Positions 48,870-58,895 of a DNA stretch of 64,000 nucleotides are shown here, piece by piece (positions within the stretch are counted from its first letter, which is position 1; the number at the start of each line of letters is the position of its first letter). Location of the stretch: positions 1 to 64,000 of the IMG/VR virus record IMGVR_UViG_3300030104_006433; one strand, 5' to 3'. Made by a program: the position numbers and the translations under genes. Source of the stretch: a virus. The notes under the pieces are model-generated. The model did no database searches and was not told where the DNA came from. It worked only from the letters and a program-made list of their open reading frames with translations.

Positions 48870-50354
48870 ATGCCCGAAATAGATTCTACCCCAGAAAATA
48901 ACGAAACAACAGTTACTGTAGCCGCAGAAGCAGGAACAGAAGCAAAGTCTTCTGAAGACGCAACCTCAGATGGGAAAGGGAATGAAGAAACTACAGGTGA
49001 TGGTAATACAAACAAATCAACAACTACTTCAGATTTATTAAATCAATGGGTTGTCCATGCTGTTGTAAAAATAAGAGATAATGTTAAAAAACAAACCAAT
49101 ACTATTAAAGTTGTACATGTAATATTAGCTAATGATGAAAATGAAGCCGAAGAAGCTTTAAATAAACATTATAATGAACAAAATAGTGACCGTTTATTTC
49201 ATAAATCAAGAATAAGAAGTATGCATCCTGTAATACAATCAGAAAATTATGTTATAAGCACACCAGAAGATCCAACACCAGACCCACTTCCAGAACCAAG
49301 GCTTACAGATATGAGCCCTACACAAGCAGAAAAGGGAAAAACAGTGACTATTACATTTACTGGGGCAGATGTAACATTTAGTCCAAGTACTTTACTAAAT
49401 CAAGAATGGATTACAAATAATAGTGTAGATAAACTTATTTATACTCTTAACTCAGTAGAAACATCAGCTACAGGTACAGTAGTAGCATTTAATATTACAA
49501 TAGATGAAACCACTCCTGAAGGAGAATATGTTTTAGGAACTAGAAATGATGAAAATGGTGATTTATTATACCCATTAGGTCCTTTTATAGTACTACCCCC
49601 AACACTTGATGAAGATGGTGATGATGGTGATAAAATAGATGGTGACGATACAATCCCAGATCCAGACCCAACCCCAGATCCAGATGGTGATTCCGCAGAT
49701 GAAGATGGAGGAGATAGAACAGATGGTAATGATACAACCCCAGACCCAACCCCAGATCCAGACCCAACCCCAGATCCAGATGGTGATTCCGCAGATGAAG
49801 ATGGAGGAGATAGAACAGATGGTAACTCAGGAGATGATAACACTGGTGATGATACAACCCCAGACCCAACCCCAGATCCAGATGGTGATTCAGCAGATGA
49901 AGATGGAGGAGATAGAATAGACGGTAACTCAGGAGATGATAACTCAGGAGATGATAACTCAGGAGATGATAACTCAGGAGATGATAACACTGGAGATGAT
50001 AACACTGGAGATGATAACACTGGAGACGATACTACAAACCAAAACCTCTTTGTTGTAAATATAATAGAAGATAGTAACAGAGAAAATAAATATACTATTG
50101 ATGGAGTACAACAACCTACTTTAACTTTATTTAGAGGATCTACTTACATTTTTGATGCTTCAAGAATTAATAAAGCCCATCCTTTCCAAATAGATATCAT
50201 AGCAGATTCTGGAAACAATATAAATGAGGCTGTTGCTGGACCAAATGATAGTATTGTATTAACAATACCACAAAATTATTTTTATAATAAACTTTTTTAC
50301 TATTGTAGCAAACATGGAGCTATGGGTGGAACCATTCAGGTACAAACACCTTAA
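48870..50354 (+). CDS. Acidic repeat protein with Ig-like and C-terminal cupredoxin-like modules
   Basis: PD/GDD repeats; PTLTLFRGSTYIF...HPF...YYCSKHGAMGG. Confidence 0.6.
   Translation: MPEIDSTPENNETTVTVAAEAGTEAKSSEDATSDGKGNEETTGDGNTNKSTTTSDLLNQWVVHAVVKIRDNVKKQTNTIKVVHVILANDENEAEEALNKHYNEQNSDRLFHKSRIRSMHPVIQSENYVISTPEDPTPDPLPEPRLTDMSPTQAEKGKTVTITFTGADVTFSPSTLLNQEWITNNSVDKLIYTLNSVETSATGTVVAFNITIDETTPEGEYVLGTRNDENGDLLYPLGPFIVLPPTLDEDGDDGDKIDGDDTIPDPDPTPDPDGDSADEDGGDRTDGNDTTPDPTPDPDPTPDPDGDSADEDGGDRTDGNSGDDNTGDDTTPDPTPDPDGDSADEDGGDRIDGNSGDDNSGDDNSGDDNSGDDNTGDDNTGDDNTGDDTTNQNLFVVNIIEDSNRENKYTIDGVQQPTLTLFRGSTYIFDASRINKAHPFQIDIIADSGNNINEAVAGPNDSIVLTIPQNYFYNKLFYYCSKHGAMGGTIQVQTP
49645..50030 (+). 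repeat. Coding tandem repeats
   Basis: 3x PDPTPDPDGDSADEDGGDRxDGN; 7x 15-bp AACwCwGGAGAyGAT at 49926-50030. Confidence 0.9.
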
Positions 50355-50374
50355 ATATTAACCAAAACATTTAT

Positions 50375-50827
50375 ATGAATTGGACTTATCATGGAGATGA
50401 AATAACTGAATATTCTCAATTTCCAAAAAACACATTTGGATTTATATATAGAATAACACATATACCTTCTGGAAAATCTTATATAGGTAAAAAAGTACTT
50501 ATACATAATCGTAAAGTAAAAGTAACTAAAAAAGATTTAGCAATGTATGAAGGTGTTAAAGGCAGAAAACCAACCCACAAACGTGTTAGTAAAGAATCAG
50601 ATTGGAAAACTTATTATGGTTCTAATAAACCTCTTTTAGAGCTAATAAAATCAGAACCTATAGAAAATTTTGAAAAGTGTATATTAAAAATAGCACCAAA
50701 CAAAAAACTTCTTACTTATTATGAAACACAAACCCAATTTGTTTATCAAGTTTTAGAAAATCCAGATAAATATTTTAATGATAATATTTTAGGTAAGTTT
50801 TTTACAAAAGATTTGGCATCCCAATAA
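50375..50827 (+). CDS. GIY-YIG nuclease-like protein
   Basis: GFIYRIT...SYIGKK...YYGS. Confidence 0.75.
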   Translation: MNWTYHGDEITEYSQFPKNTFGFIYRITHIPSGKSYIGKKVLIHNRKVKVTKKDLAMYEGVKGRKPTHKRVSKESDWKTYYGSNKPLLELIKSEPIENFEKCILKIAPNKKLLTYYETQTQFVYQVLENPDKYFNDNILGKFFTKDLASQ

Positions 50828-50842
50828 ATTAATGTTATATTA
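50811..50842 (+). promoter_or_regulatory. Host-sigma-type promoter for the replication genes
   Basis: TTTGGC...ATGTTATATTA just before the primase GTG. Confidence 0.65.
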
Positions 50843-50848
50843 AACACT

Positions 50849-51775
50849 GTGATAAATGAACTATTAGTTAATTTAGTTGATACTGTTATAGGTAATGGTA
50901 AAAGAACAGCCAGAGGTAATAAATCTTATCACTGTCCATTCTGCAATCATCATAAACCAAAACTAGAAATTAACTTTACAGAAAATAAAAAAGGACATAA
51001 TCCTTGGCATTGTTGGGTTTGTGGTAAAAAAGGTAAAACTATAAAAGGTTTATTTAAATTACTAAAAGCACCATCAGGTAAATTTATAGAATTAGGTAAA
51101 TTAGTTAAAACGGGTAGTGAAGTTGAAGAAGTTATAATAGAAAATAATGTAGAATTACCTAAGGAATTTAAACCAATATTAAGTACCTCAGGTCTTACAG
51201 CTAGAAGAGCATACAATTACCTTAAAAATAGAAACATTTCAGATGATGATATGTTAAAATATAATTTAGGTTTTTGTGATTTTGGAAGATATAAAAATAT
51301 GATTGTTATACCATCATATGATCAAAATGGTGAATTAAATTATTTCACAGGTCGTTCATTTGAAAAAGACCCATTTATAAAATACAGAAACCCAGAATGT
51401 TCAAGAGACATAATACCATTTGAATTATTCATAAATTGGGGTTCACCCTTAATATTATGTGAGGGCCCATTTGATGCTATGACAATAAAACGTAATGCTA
51501 TACCTTTATTGGGTAAGAATATACAAAAAAATTTATTAAAAAGGATAGTGGAATCAACTGTTAAAAAGATTTATATAGCATTAGATACAGATGCTATAAA
51601 ACAAGCACTTAAACATTGTGAATATTTATTAAATCAAGGTAAAGAAGTATATCTTGTAGAATTAGATGGAAAAGATCCAAATGAAATGGGATTCTCTCAT
51701 TTTACAAAACTAATTCAAAACACTGAACCAATAGACGAATTTGAGCTAATGGAGAAGAAAATCTCATTAATATGA
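50849..51775 (+). CDS. DNA primase (Zn finger + TOPRIM)
   Basis: CPFC..H...WHCWVC; EGPFD; ALDTDA; KDPNE. Confidence 0.9.
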   Translation: MINELLVNLVDTVIGNGKRTARGNKSYHCPFCNHHKPKLEINFTENKKGHNPWHCWVCGKKGKTIKGLFKLLKAPSGKFIELGKLVKTGSEVEEVIIENNVELPKEFKPILSTSGLTARRAYNYLKNRNISDDDMLKYNLGFCDFGRYKNMIVIPSYDQNGELNYFTGRSFEKDPFIKYRNPECSRDIIPFELFINWGSPLILCEGPFDAMTIKRNAIPLLGKNIQKNLLKRIVESTVKKIYIALDTDAIKQALKHCEYLLNQGKEVYLVELDGKDPNEMGFSHFTKLIQNTEPIDEFELMEKKISLI

Positions 51776-52545
51776 GTAAAAGAAATATTAAGAAGAAATA
51801 CAATAGGATATTAGAAATATCTGAGGATGCAAAACAAATAACATTACCAGATTCTAGATATTATAGAAGAAATGGTAAATATTATCCTTCTATAACTTAT
51901 GTTTTAAGTTATTACCCAAAAGGTAAATTTTTTCAAGATTGGCTTAAAAAAGTAGGATATTCTGCTGATTATATTGTTAAAAAAGCAGCAGAAGAAGGAA
52001 CTCAAGTACACGAAATGTGCGAAGATTATTTAAATGGTAAAGAATTAAATTTCTTATCACCATCAGGCAATCCAATATGTGACCCAAATGTATGGCAAAT
52101 GTTTTTAAGATTTGTGGATTTTTGGGAAGAATATAACCCAACACTACTAGAAGCTGAAGTACATCTATTCTCAGATGAACTAAAAGTAGCAGGTACCTGT
52201 GATTTAGTATGTGAAATAGATGATGAACTATGGATTATAGATTTTAAAACATCAAACCATTTACAAACGACTTACGATTTGCAGACCGCTGTTTACGCCA
52301 AATGTTATGAAGAGTGTTTTGGAAAAAAGATAGATAGACTAGGAGTTCTATGGTTAAAATCATCCAAACGTGGACCTAAAGAAGGTAAAATTCAAGGGAA
52401 AGGTTGGGAAATGTATGAATCAAAACGTACACAAGATGAAAACATAGATATATTTCAAACAGTTAAAAAACTATTTGACCTAGAAAACCCAAGACACTCA
52501 CCAATATTTACTGAATTCAGAACGCAAGTGAAGAAAAAGGACTAA
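51772..52545 (+). CDS. PD-(D/E)xK exonuclease
   Basis: YPSIT.VL, GT.VH, AGTCD, IIDFKTS, Q..VY. Confidence 0.85.
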   Translation: MSKRNIKKKYNRILEISEDAKQITLPDSRYYRRNGKYYPSITYVLSYYPKGKFFQDWLKKVGYSADYIVKKAAEEGTQVHEMCEDYLNGKELNFLSPSGNPICDPNVWQMFLRFVDFWEEYNPTLLEAEVHLFSDELKVAGTCDLVCEIDDELWIIDFKTSNHLQTTYDLQTAVYAKCYEECFGKKIDRLGVLWLKSSKRGPKEGKIQGKGWEMYESKRTQDENIDIFQTVKKLFDLENPRHSPIFTEFRTQVKKKD

Positions 52546-52557
52546 TATTTATATCAT

Positions 52558-55500
52558 ATGATAAATTTAGTTAATTTAAAAGAACAGGAAGAAAAACCTA
52601 AAGCTATAATCATGGCGGGTGGTGCAGGAGTTGGTAAAACTTTTGTGACTGATAAATTCAAAAAAGCAGCTGAATCTAAAGGTTGGGTAATATTAAATCC
52701 TGACCAATATGCTAGGAACCCAGATCCAGAACAAAGATTATCATTAGCAGCAGCAGGAAGTAAAATTAATAAACAAATAGATGGTTTAACAAAAAGTGAG
52801 GATAAACCAAATATAATATGGGATACTACAGCTACAAACCCATCTAAAATAGAAGCTTTAAAAAATGCAGGTTATGATGTTTTAATGATTATGGTGTATG
52901 CCCACCCAAGTGTATCATTTGAACAAAATTTTTCAAGAGCAGGTAAAGATGGAGAAGAAAGTTTACCACCATATGTTGTTTTAAAAACATGGATTGATTC
53001 TTATAATAATGATCATGTTAAAAATTATAAAAATATGTTTGGTGATAATTTTATTTTAGTAAACAACACAGATAAACCAGGCACAGATCAATCAAAAATA
53101 AATGCCTTTAATAAAGCTGCTCAACAAGGAGGAAAAGCCTTAGAAAAACATATTGAAGGTATTATAAGTAAAGATCCTGAATATTATACATCATCACAAA
53201 TGGTGGCAAAACCATCTAATTTAACCCCAGAACAATTAGAAGACTTTAATTCTAAAGTACAAGAATTAAATTTAAGATTTTTAGAAGAAGGTGATGAAGA
53301 AATATTAAAAAGAGAGTATCAAAAATATTTTGAAAAATATAACGAATTGATGCCTTCTGTTAAAGTAGGTAGAAGGAATGGAATGAAAGAAGTATATGCT
53401 TCTAAAATGAAAAATAAATTAAAAAACATTCAAGAAAAAAATAAAGTTTATAATGATATTTCATCTACTCTTAAAGATATAGGTGATACAACTGATTTAG
53501 ATAAAGCTACTAACATAGCTCTACAGTATATAGGTGCTAATGGTTTGAGTGAATTCTTAGTTAATAATATTTTAAATGAAGAAGAAGAAAAAAAAGAAAA
53601 GTCTGTAGCTTTATTTGGTGGGGGATTTAAACCTCCTACAAAAGGTCATTTACAAGTTGTACAAAATGGTTTATTAAAACATTTAGAGGATATTGATAGA
53701 GTAAAAATAATAATAGGTGGAGGAATAAGAGATGGCATAACACCTAACCAATCAGAAAAAATTTGGAACATATATAAAAGATTTATACCTGTAAAAACAG
53801 ATATTATAAAAGCAGATATGTTTAGTTATTATAAAGATTATCTAAGAAAACATAAAGATGATAAAGTATATATTTTTGTAGGTTCTAGAGAAGGAAATGA
53901 AAAAGATGCTCAAGATGTTCAATATAGACAAGAATATGCTAAGAAATATAGTGATAATGTTGTAGTAGAAGAAGTATCAACTGTAGGAGATACTAGTGGA
54001 ACAAAAGCAAGAGAATATTTCCTATCAGGAGATAAAAAGAGTTTAAGAGGTATGTTACCTGAAAAATTAACTGATGAAGAATTTGATTATATATTGGACA
54101 TACTTAACAATAAATCAACTAATAATATTGAAAAATCAACGCCTAAATCAACAGAACCACTATCTCCAATAAATGAGGATATAATTGATAAAACTGATTT
54201 TGTACTTCCAAGAGGAGAACAAATGATTTTACAAGCTGAAGATGAAGATTATGATAGGGGTTTAATAGTAGAATTAACAGAAGAAGGTGGATATAAAATG
54301 AATTACTGGTATGGAGATGATGCTAAAATTTACCCTGTAGAAGTTGAAGTAGATGGAAAATCTATAAAACCAGATGCTAGAGAAGTTTATATGAAATTTC
54401 ACCCTGAATTAGAAAAGGAACCAATAAACGAAAATGCTACATATTCTAGTAAAATCGATTATAAACAACAAATAAAAGATTTAACTAAACATATGTTAGA
54501 TAAGGGTATGAATATATTACCTTTACCTAGAGTTATATTTAAACATTCAGATGTTAAAAATGCATCTCAATTTTTAGGAAAAACAGCTTATTATATGCCT
54601 GACACTCAAGAAGTAGTATTATATACAGAAGGTAGACATCCAAAAGATATAGCTAGGTCATTTGCTCATGAAATGATACATCATATTCAAAATTTAGAAG
54701 GTAGGTTAGATAATATTAATACTACAAATACAAATGATGATGACCATTTAAATGATATAGAAAGAGAAGCATATACAAGAGGTAATATGGTTTTTAGAAA
54801 CTGGACTGATAATATGGATGGAGAAGAGGTATCTAGTTTAAATGAATCTTCCCAATTTACTTTTACAATGTATAGTGGCATAACAGGAGATGCATGGGAA
54901 AAAATTTGGAAAGATAAAAATTTTATAGATAAAGTCACTAATGTTACTAATGATGAAGATTTTGCATTAGATTATTCATATAATTTTAAAACAGGAGAAT
55001 ATGAAGATAAATATGTAGAAATTTCCAATATTCCTTTAGATGCATTTGTATCAGTTAGAGATAGAGATTATGGGGATGATGATGATTTTGAATCTATATC
55101 AAATTTAGATGATAAAGAAAAAATAAATGCTATAGAATCTAATGATTTATTTTTAGTAAATTTACTTCCTTATAAATCTCAAATTAAAACTACGTTAATT
55201 GATGATAGTTTAAATGAAATAGGTGATGCTAGTTCAAAAGTATTTAGTTATAAGAAAACTAAATATGGAATAGATGCAAAATCCTTTAAAGAAATTACTG
55301 ATGAAGATGACAGAATAGATGATATTGAAACTGAAAATGTATACGAATTTGAAACAGATTTAGGTACTAAATATGTAGTTAATTTTGAAGTCGAACATGA
55401 TTCTGATTCTAAAGAATTAAATGTAGAAATAGATTTTACTACAATTGGTAATTTAAGAATGGATCCTACTAATAAAGGAGAACAATACGCGGTAATGGCA

Positions 55501-55896
55501 ACTCTCTCAGATATTATAATTAATTGGATTAATGAATGGGATAAATATTTTTATATTAGTATGATATGGATAGAACCAAAAGTAGAGGATAGTGAAGAAG
55601 TAGAATATACTGTTTTTAGTAAAAGAGGCAGATTATATAAAGTGTATTTAGATAAACAAATATCAAGACTTAATAAAAGTTATGAAGTACAACAAAAACC
55701 TAATGCTTTTAAAATTGTTCCTACATTTAAAAATCTTAAGGAAACTAAAAAGCAAAAAGATCCATTTGGTTTAAATCAATTTGCCAGAGAATTAATACAA
55801 GATAATCCCCAACCTGTAAAAGAAGACATTAAAAGTTTGGCTCCTCAAGAAGAAGATGTTATATTCAACAAAAATTGTGGTTGTGATAAGACTTAA
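52558..55896 (+). CDS. Polyvalent multi-enzyme protein: P-loop (zeta-like) kinase + HIGH nucleotidyltransferase + zincin peptidase + unknown modules
   Basis: GGAGVGKT/NPD/DTT; GGFKPPTKGH and SGTKAR; HEMIHH...EREAY. Confidence 0.75.
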   Translation: MINLVNLKEQEEKPKAIIMAGGAGVGKTFVTDKFKKAAESKGWVILNPDQYARNPDPEQRLSLAAAGSKINKQIDGLTKSEDKPNIIWDTTATNPSKIEALKNAGYDVLMIMVYAHPSVSFEQNFSRAGKDGEESLPPYVVLKTWIDSYNNDHVKNYKNMFGDNFILVNNTDKPGTDQSKINAFNKAAQQGGKALEKHIEGIISKDPEYYTSSQMVAKPSNLTPEQLEDFNSKVQELNLRFLEEGDEEILKREYQKYFEKYNELMPSVKVGRRNGMKEVYASKMKNKLKNIQEKNKVYNDISSTLKDIGDTTDLDKATNIALQYIGANGLSEFLVNNILNEEEEKKEKSVALFGGGFKPPTKGHLQVVQNGLLKHLEDIDRVKIIIGGGIRDGITPNQSEKIWNIYKRFIPVKTDIIKADMFSYYKDYLRKHKDDKVYIFVGSREGNEKDAQDVQYRQEYAKKYSDNVVVEEVSTVGDTSGTKAREYFLSGDKKSLRGMLPEKLTDEEFDYILDILNNKSTNNIEKSTPKSTEPLSPINEDIIDKTDFVLPRGEQMILQAEDEDYDRGLIVELTEEGGYKMNYWYGDDAKIYPVEVEVDGKSIKPDAREVYMKFHPELEKEPINENATYSSKIDYKQQIKDLTKHMLDKGMNILPLPRVIFKHSDVKNASQFLGKTAYYMPDTQEVVLYTEGRHPKDIARSFAHEMIHHIQNLEGRLDNINTTNTNDDDHLNDIEREAYTRGNMVFRNWTDNMDGEEVSSLNESSQFTFTMYSGITGDAWEKIWKDKNFIDKVTNVTNDEDFALDYSYNFKTGEYEDKYVEISNIPLDAFVSVRDRDYGDDDDFESISNLDDKEKINAIESNDLFLVNLLPYKSQIKTTLIDDSLNEIGDASSKVFSYKKTKYGIDAKSFKEITDEDDRIDDIETENVYEFETDLGTKYVVNFEVEHDSDSKELNVEIDFTTIGNLRMDPTNKGEQYAVMATLSDIIINWINEWDKYFYISMIWIEPKVEDSEEVEYTVFSKRGRLYKVYLDKQISRLNKSYEVQQKPNAFKIVPTFKNLKETKKQKDPFGLNQFARELIQDNPQPVKEDIKSLAPQEEDVIFNKNCGCDKT
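55836..55866 (+). promoter_or_regulatory. Host-sigma-type promoter
   Basis: TTTGGC...GATGTTATATTC with the same spacing as the others. Confidence 0.55.
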
Positions 55897-56425
55897 AGAA
55901 ATATATACTAAAATAATTGAAGATTTAGAACCATCAAAATACACATTATATTGTGATATGGATGGTGTATTATGTGATTTTGAACAACAATTTAGAAATC
56001 TAACTCGTAGTAAAAATAGAACCTCAGGCATGTCACCAAATGAATATAAAACCAAATATAGTACTAACAGTTTTTGGAAAATAATTGATAGGGCAGGTAC
56101 CAAATTTTGGGCTGATATGCCCTGGATGCCTGATGGTGAGACTTTATATAATTATATTAAACCTAATTTATATTCATTATTATCCTCACCTTCATTTGAT
56201 GTTAGTTCTGAAGAAGGAAAACAAGAATGGGTTGATAAAAATGCAACAGGAACAAATTTAATTTTAGCTCCAAGAGCTAATAAACAAGATTATGCTAAAG
56301 AAAACGCAATATTAATAGATGATCTTAAGCCGACCATTGATGAATGGAACGCTAAAGGAGGTATAGGAATCCTACATACCTCAGCTGCTTCAACTATAAA
56401 GCAGTTAAAAGAGTTAGGATTATAA
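55883..56425 (+). CDS. HAD-family 5'(3')-deoxyribonucleotidase-like protein (start probably GTG 55883)
   Basis: DMDGVLCDF, LSSP, K..W, LIDD, W...GG.GI. Confidence 0.85.
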   Translation: MIRLKEIYTKIIEDLEPSKYTLYCDMDGVLCDFEQQFRNLTRSKNRTSGMSPNEYKTKYSTNSFWKIIDRAGTKFWADMPWMPDGETLYNYIKPNLYSLLSSPSFDVSSEEGKQEWVDKNATGTNLILAPRANKQDYAKENAILIDDLKPTIDEWNAKGGIGILHTSAASTIKQLKELGL

Positions 56426-56440
56426 TTAAATAATTAAATT

Positions 56441-56596
56441 ATGGACAAAGTAAAAGCAATAGTAAACTCATCATGGTTCAGAGCAGCAGCTGCAGGTGCA
56501 GTAGGAGCTCTATTACTAATGGATAAAAACCCACTTTATGCTGGTATAGCATTTGGTATAGGTGTTAGAGAATTTTTACTCGCAATGAAAAGTTAA
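56441..56596 (+). CDS. 51-aa membrane protein
   Basis: MDKVKAIVNSSWFRAAAAGAVGALLLM... Confidence 0.6.
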   Translation: MDKVKAIVNSSWFRAAAAGAVGALLLMDKNPLYAGIAFGIGVREFLLAMKS

Positions 56597-56598
56597 AA

Positions 56599-56730
56599 AT
56601 GGCAGCATATTCCACATCTAAAACAGAAACGGCAAAAAGAAAAAGAAAAGGGGTTCATTCAAAATCTAAAACCTCAAGTCTTAAAGCCTCAAAATTATAT
56701 AAAAAGAAATATAGAGGACAAGGAAGATGA
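56599..56730 (+). CDS. 43-aa highly basic protein ending KKYRGQGR
   Basis: Fills the gap; ATGA coupling with the next gene. Confidence 0.65.
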   Translation: MAAYSTSKTETAKRKRKGVHSKSKTSSLKASKLYKKKYRGQGR

Positions 56731-57296
56731 AAGATAATATCCTAAAGAAAGAATTCAATAAAAAAGATGTTGAACGTTTAAGAAACTTAGTCAAAGGCAA
56801 AGGATCAGAACGTACAGGTCAAGGTATAGGATATACCAAAAAAGAAGAATTCCATAAAGAAGGAGATATCTGGGAAGAAAATGGCCGAACATGGACTATA
56901 AGGGACGGTGTTAAAGAAAACATAACCAAATTAGATAAATTTAAAAAATCAGCCGTCCCTTTATTTTGTCCTTCCTGTAACAAAATAATGAATAAACAAT
57001 TAGATCCTCATTATTATAAAGCACATGGGGCTTGTTTAAATTGTACAAAAGAAAAAGAAACCAAACTAAAAATCTCCGGAAAATATAAAGAACATACTAA
57101 AGAAATAGAAAACAAAGAAATAGATAAACTTATAGAACAATATAAATCATTTATGAAATTAAAAATGGCTGAAAGTAATGATGGTTTTGTGACAGAATCT
57201 GGTGAAGTTGAAAAATGGGTTGGTGGTGTAAATAAAGAAAGAGCAGAAGAAGCTTTACGTGAAGGAATAGAATATCTAAAAAGTCTTAAGAAATAA
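56727..57296 (+). CDS. Hypothetical protein with zinc ribbon
   Basis: CPSC...CLNC. Confidence 0.7.
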   Translation: MKDNILKKEFNKKDVERLRNLVKGKGSERTGQGIGYTKKEEFHKEGDIWEENGRTWTIRDGVKENITKLDKFKKSAVPLFCPSCNKIMNKQLDPHYYKAHGACLNCTKEKETKLKISGKYKEHTKEIENKEIDKLIEQYKSFMKLKMAESNDGFVTESGEVEKWVGGVNKERAEEALREGIEYLKSLKK

Positions 57297-57400
57297 AATT
57301 AATGCAATTCCCTAATTTTTTTCAATATTTATAACAGTATGAAGGGTTATCTTTTAATAAAAGTTTAAAATGTATAAACTAACTTTTTAAAAAAAGAAAA

Positions 57401-57727
57401 ATGGATAATGAAATATTACTTAGTGTCCTAACAGCTATAACAAGTGCTCTCGGTGTTAAAGAGATATGGCAGTTATGGAAAAAAAGAATGGAGCTTAACG
57501 AAGAAAAAGCTACAAAAGACGCAAGAGCTAAAGACAAGTTGATGTCTGAAGTAATTGTTGATTTAAAACATAAAATAGAAGAATTAGAACATAAAATTGA
57601 TGCTTTAATTGAAGAAAATACAATGTTAAGAGAAAAATTAGCCCGTATGGAAGAAAGATTAATGATGTCAGCATCAAAAAGAGGAACTAAATCTAGGGTA
57701 AAAAAAGAAACAACTGAAGAAAAATAA
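57401..57727 (+). CDS. TM + coiled-coil protein (holin-like)
   Basis: Hydrophobic N-terminus, then a leucine-zipper-like region. Confidence 0.55.
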   Translation: MDNEILLSVLTAITSALGVKEIWQLWKKRMELNEEKATKDARAKDKLMSEVIVDLKHKIEELEHKIDALIEENTMLREKLARMEERLMMSASKRGTKSRVKKETTEEK

Positions 57728-57732
57728 AGATT

Positions 57733-58020
57733 ATGGAAGATAATTTCAATCACAGAAAATGGTTTAAAGACCAATATTTAAAAGAAACTGAAGAAACTAA
57801 TATTGATGAAAAATCAAATAGAGCTTTATATGATAAAGTTATAGGAACCCATTTTGAAAAAGAAGATAAAGGAATGTCTTTTGACTATGAAAGAAATGCT
57901 GTTAAGACAGTAATTAGACAAGCTATGGAAGATATGGATTCTAATCCAACTCTTTTAACTAGAGATTATATAGACACAATTATTGATCGTCTTAATGATC
58001 TAAAAATGAGTGATTTTTAA
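57733..58020 (+). CDS. Putative head-associated small protein
   Basis: MEDNFNHRKWFKDQYLKE leader. Confidence 0.6.
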   Translation: MEDNFNHRKWFKDQYLKETEETNIDEKSNRALYDKVIGTHFEKEDKGMSFDYERNAVKTVIRQAMEDMDSNPTLLTRDYIDTIIDRLNDLKMSDF

Positions 58021-58101
58021 AAACAAAAGCGCATAAATCGCATAGATAACAAACTCTTATATATTTATCAGTATATTTAAATATTTTAAAAACTTAATAA
58101 A

Positions 58102-58854
58102 ATGAACGAATTCGATTTAAGAAAATTTCTTTATAAAAACCCTTTACTTGAGGAAGATAAAGAAGAAAAAGATGATGAAGCTAAAAAAGCTTTAGATAAA
58201 AAAGAGGACGAGTTAGATGAGAAAGACATGGAACACGAGACTCTTAAAGAAAAGATTAAACACCATGAAGGTGCTATTGAAAACATCAAAAAAGAATTAG
58301 AAGATTTATCTGATGATTTAGGTGAAGATGAAGAAGATCTAAAGAAAGAAAAAGAAGAAGTTAAAGAAGCCTCTTATGATGAAATGGTTGATGGAAAAGA
58401 AGAAGTAGACAATCGTGTAGACACAAATCCAGAAGAGAAAAAAACTGAGGATGAAATTTACAAAATGCGTAAAGAAGGTGAAGAGCCAAAACTTACTAAA
58501 GAAAGTCTTAAATCATTAATCAAAGAAAAAATTACATCTATCCTAACTGAAGATGAAACTGAAGAAATTGAAAACAATACTGATGTTGAAGTTAAAGATG
58601 ACACTACAGTAAAAGCTGATATTGAAAAAGAAATTGATGTTGATGATGAATCATCAAAAGCGGAAATAGAAGTAGATGGTGAAATTGCAGGTGAAAGTTC
58701 AGAAAAAGCAGCTGTATTAAGTCTCTTAACTAAGGCCCAAGAAATGGTCCCAAGTTTAGGAGCAGACGCTGAGAAAAATGAAAAAATGGTAAACCAAATA
58801 AATAATACCATTACAATGTTTGCTAGAGATTATTTAGCACAAGCACCAAAATAA
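58102..58854 (+). CDS. Acidic head-associated/scaffold-like protein
   Basis: MNEFDLRKFLYKNPLLEE leader; extremely D/E-rich. Confidence 0.6.
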   Translation: MNEFDLRKFLYKNPLLEEDKEEKDDEAKKALDKKEDELDEKDMEHETLKEKIKHHEGAIENIKKELEDLSDDLGEDEEDLKKEKEEVKEASYDEMVDGKEEVDNRVDTNPEEKKTEDEIYKMRKEGEEPKLTKESLKSLIKEKITSILTEDETEEIENNTDVEVKDDTTVKADIEKEIDVDDESSKAEIEVDGEIAGESSEKAAVLSLLTKAQEMVPSLGADAEKNEKMVNQINNTITMFARDYLAQAPK

Positions 58855-58895
58855 GACCAAAAATCTTTTTTGTTAAATATTTAAATTAAATTGTT

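Noticed and set aside
50375-50827. GIY-YIG gene as an intron-encoded homing endonuclease
   Set aside because: Free-standing between intact genes; no split gene or group I intron structure seen
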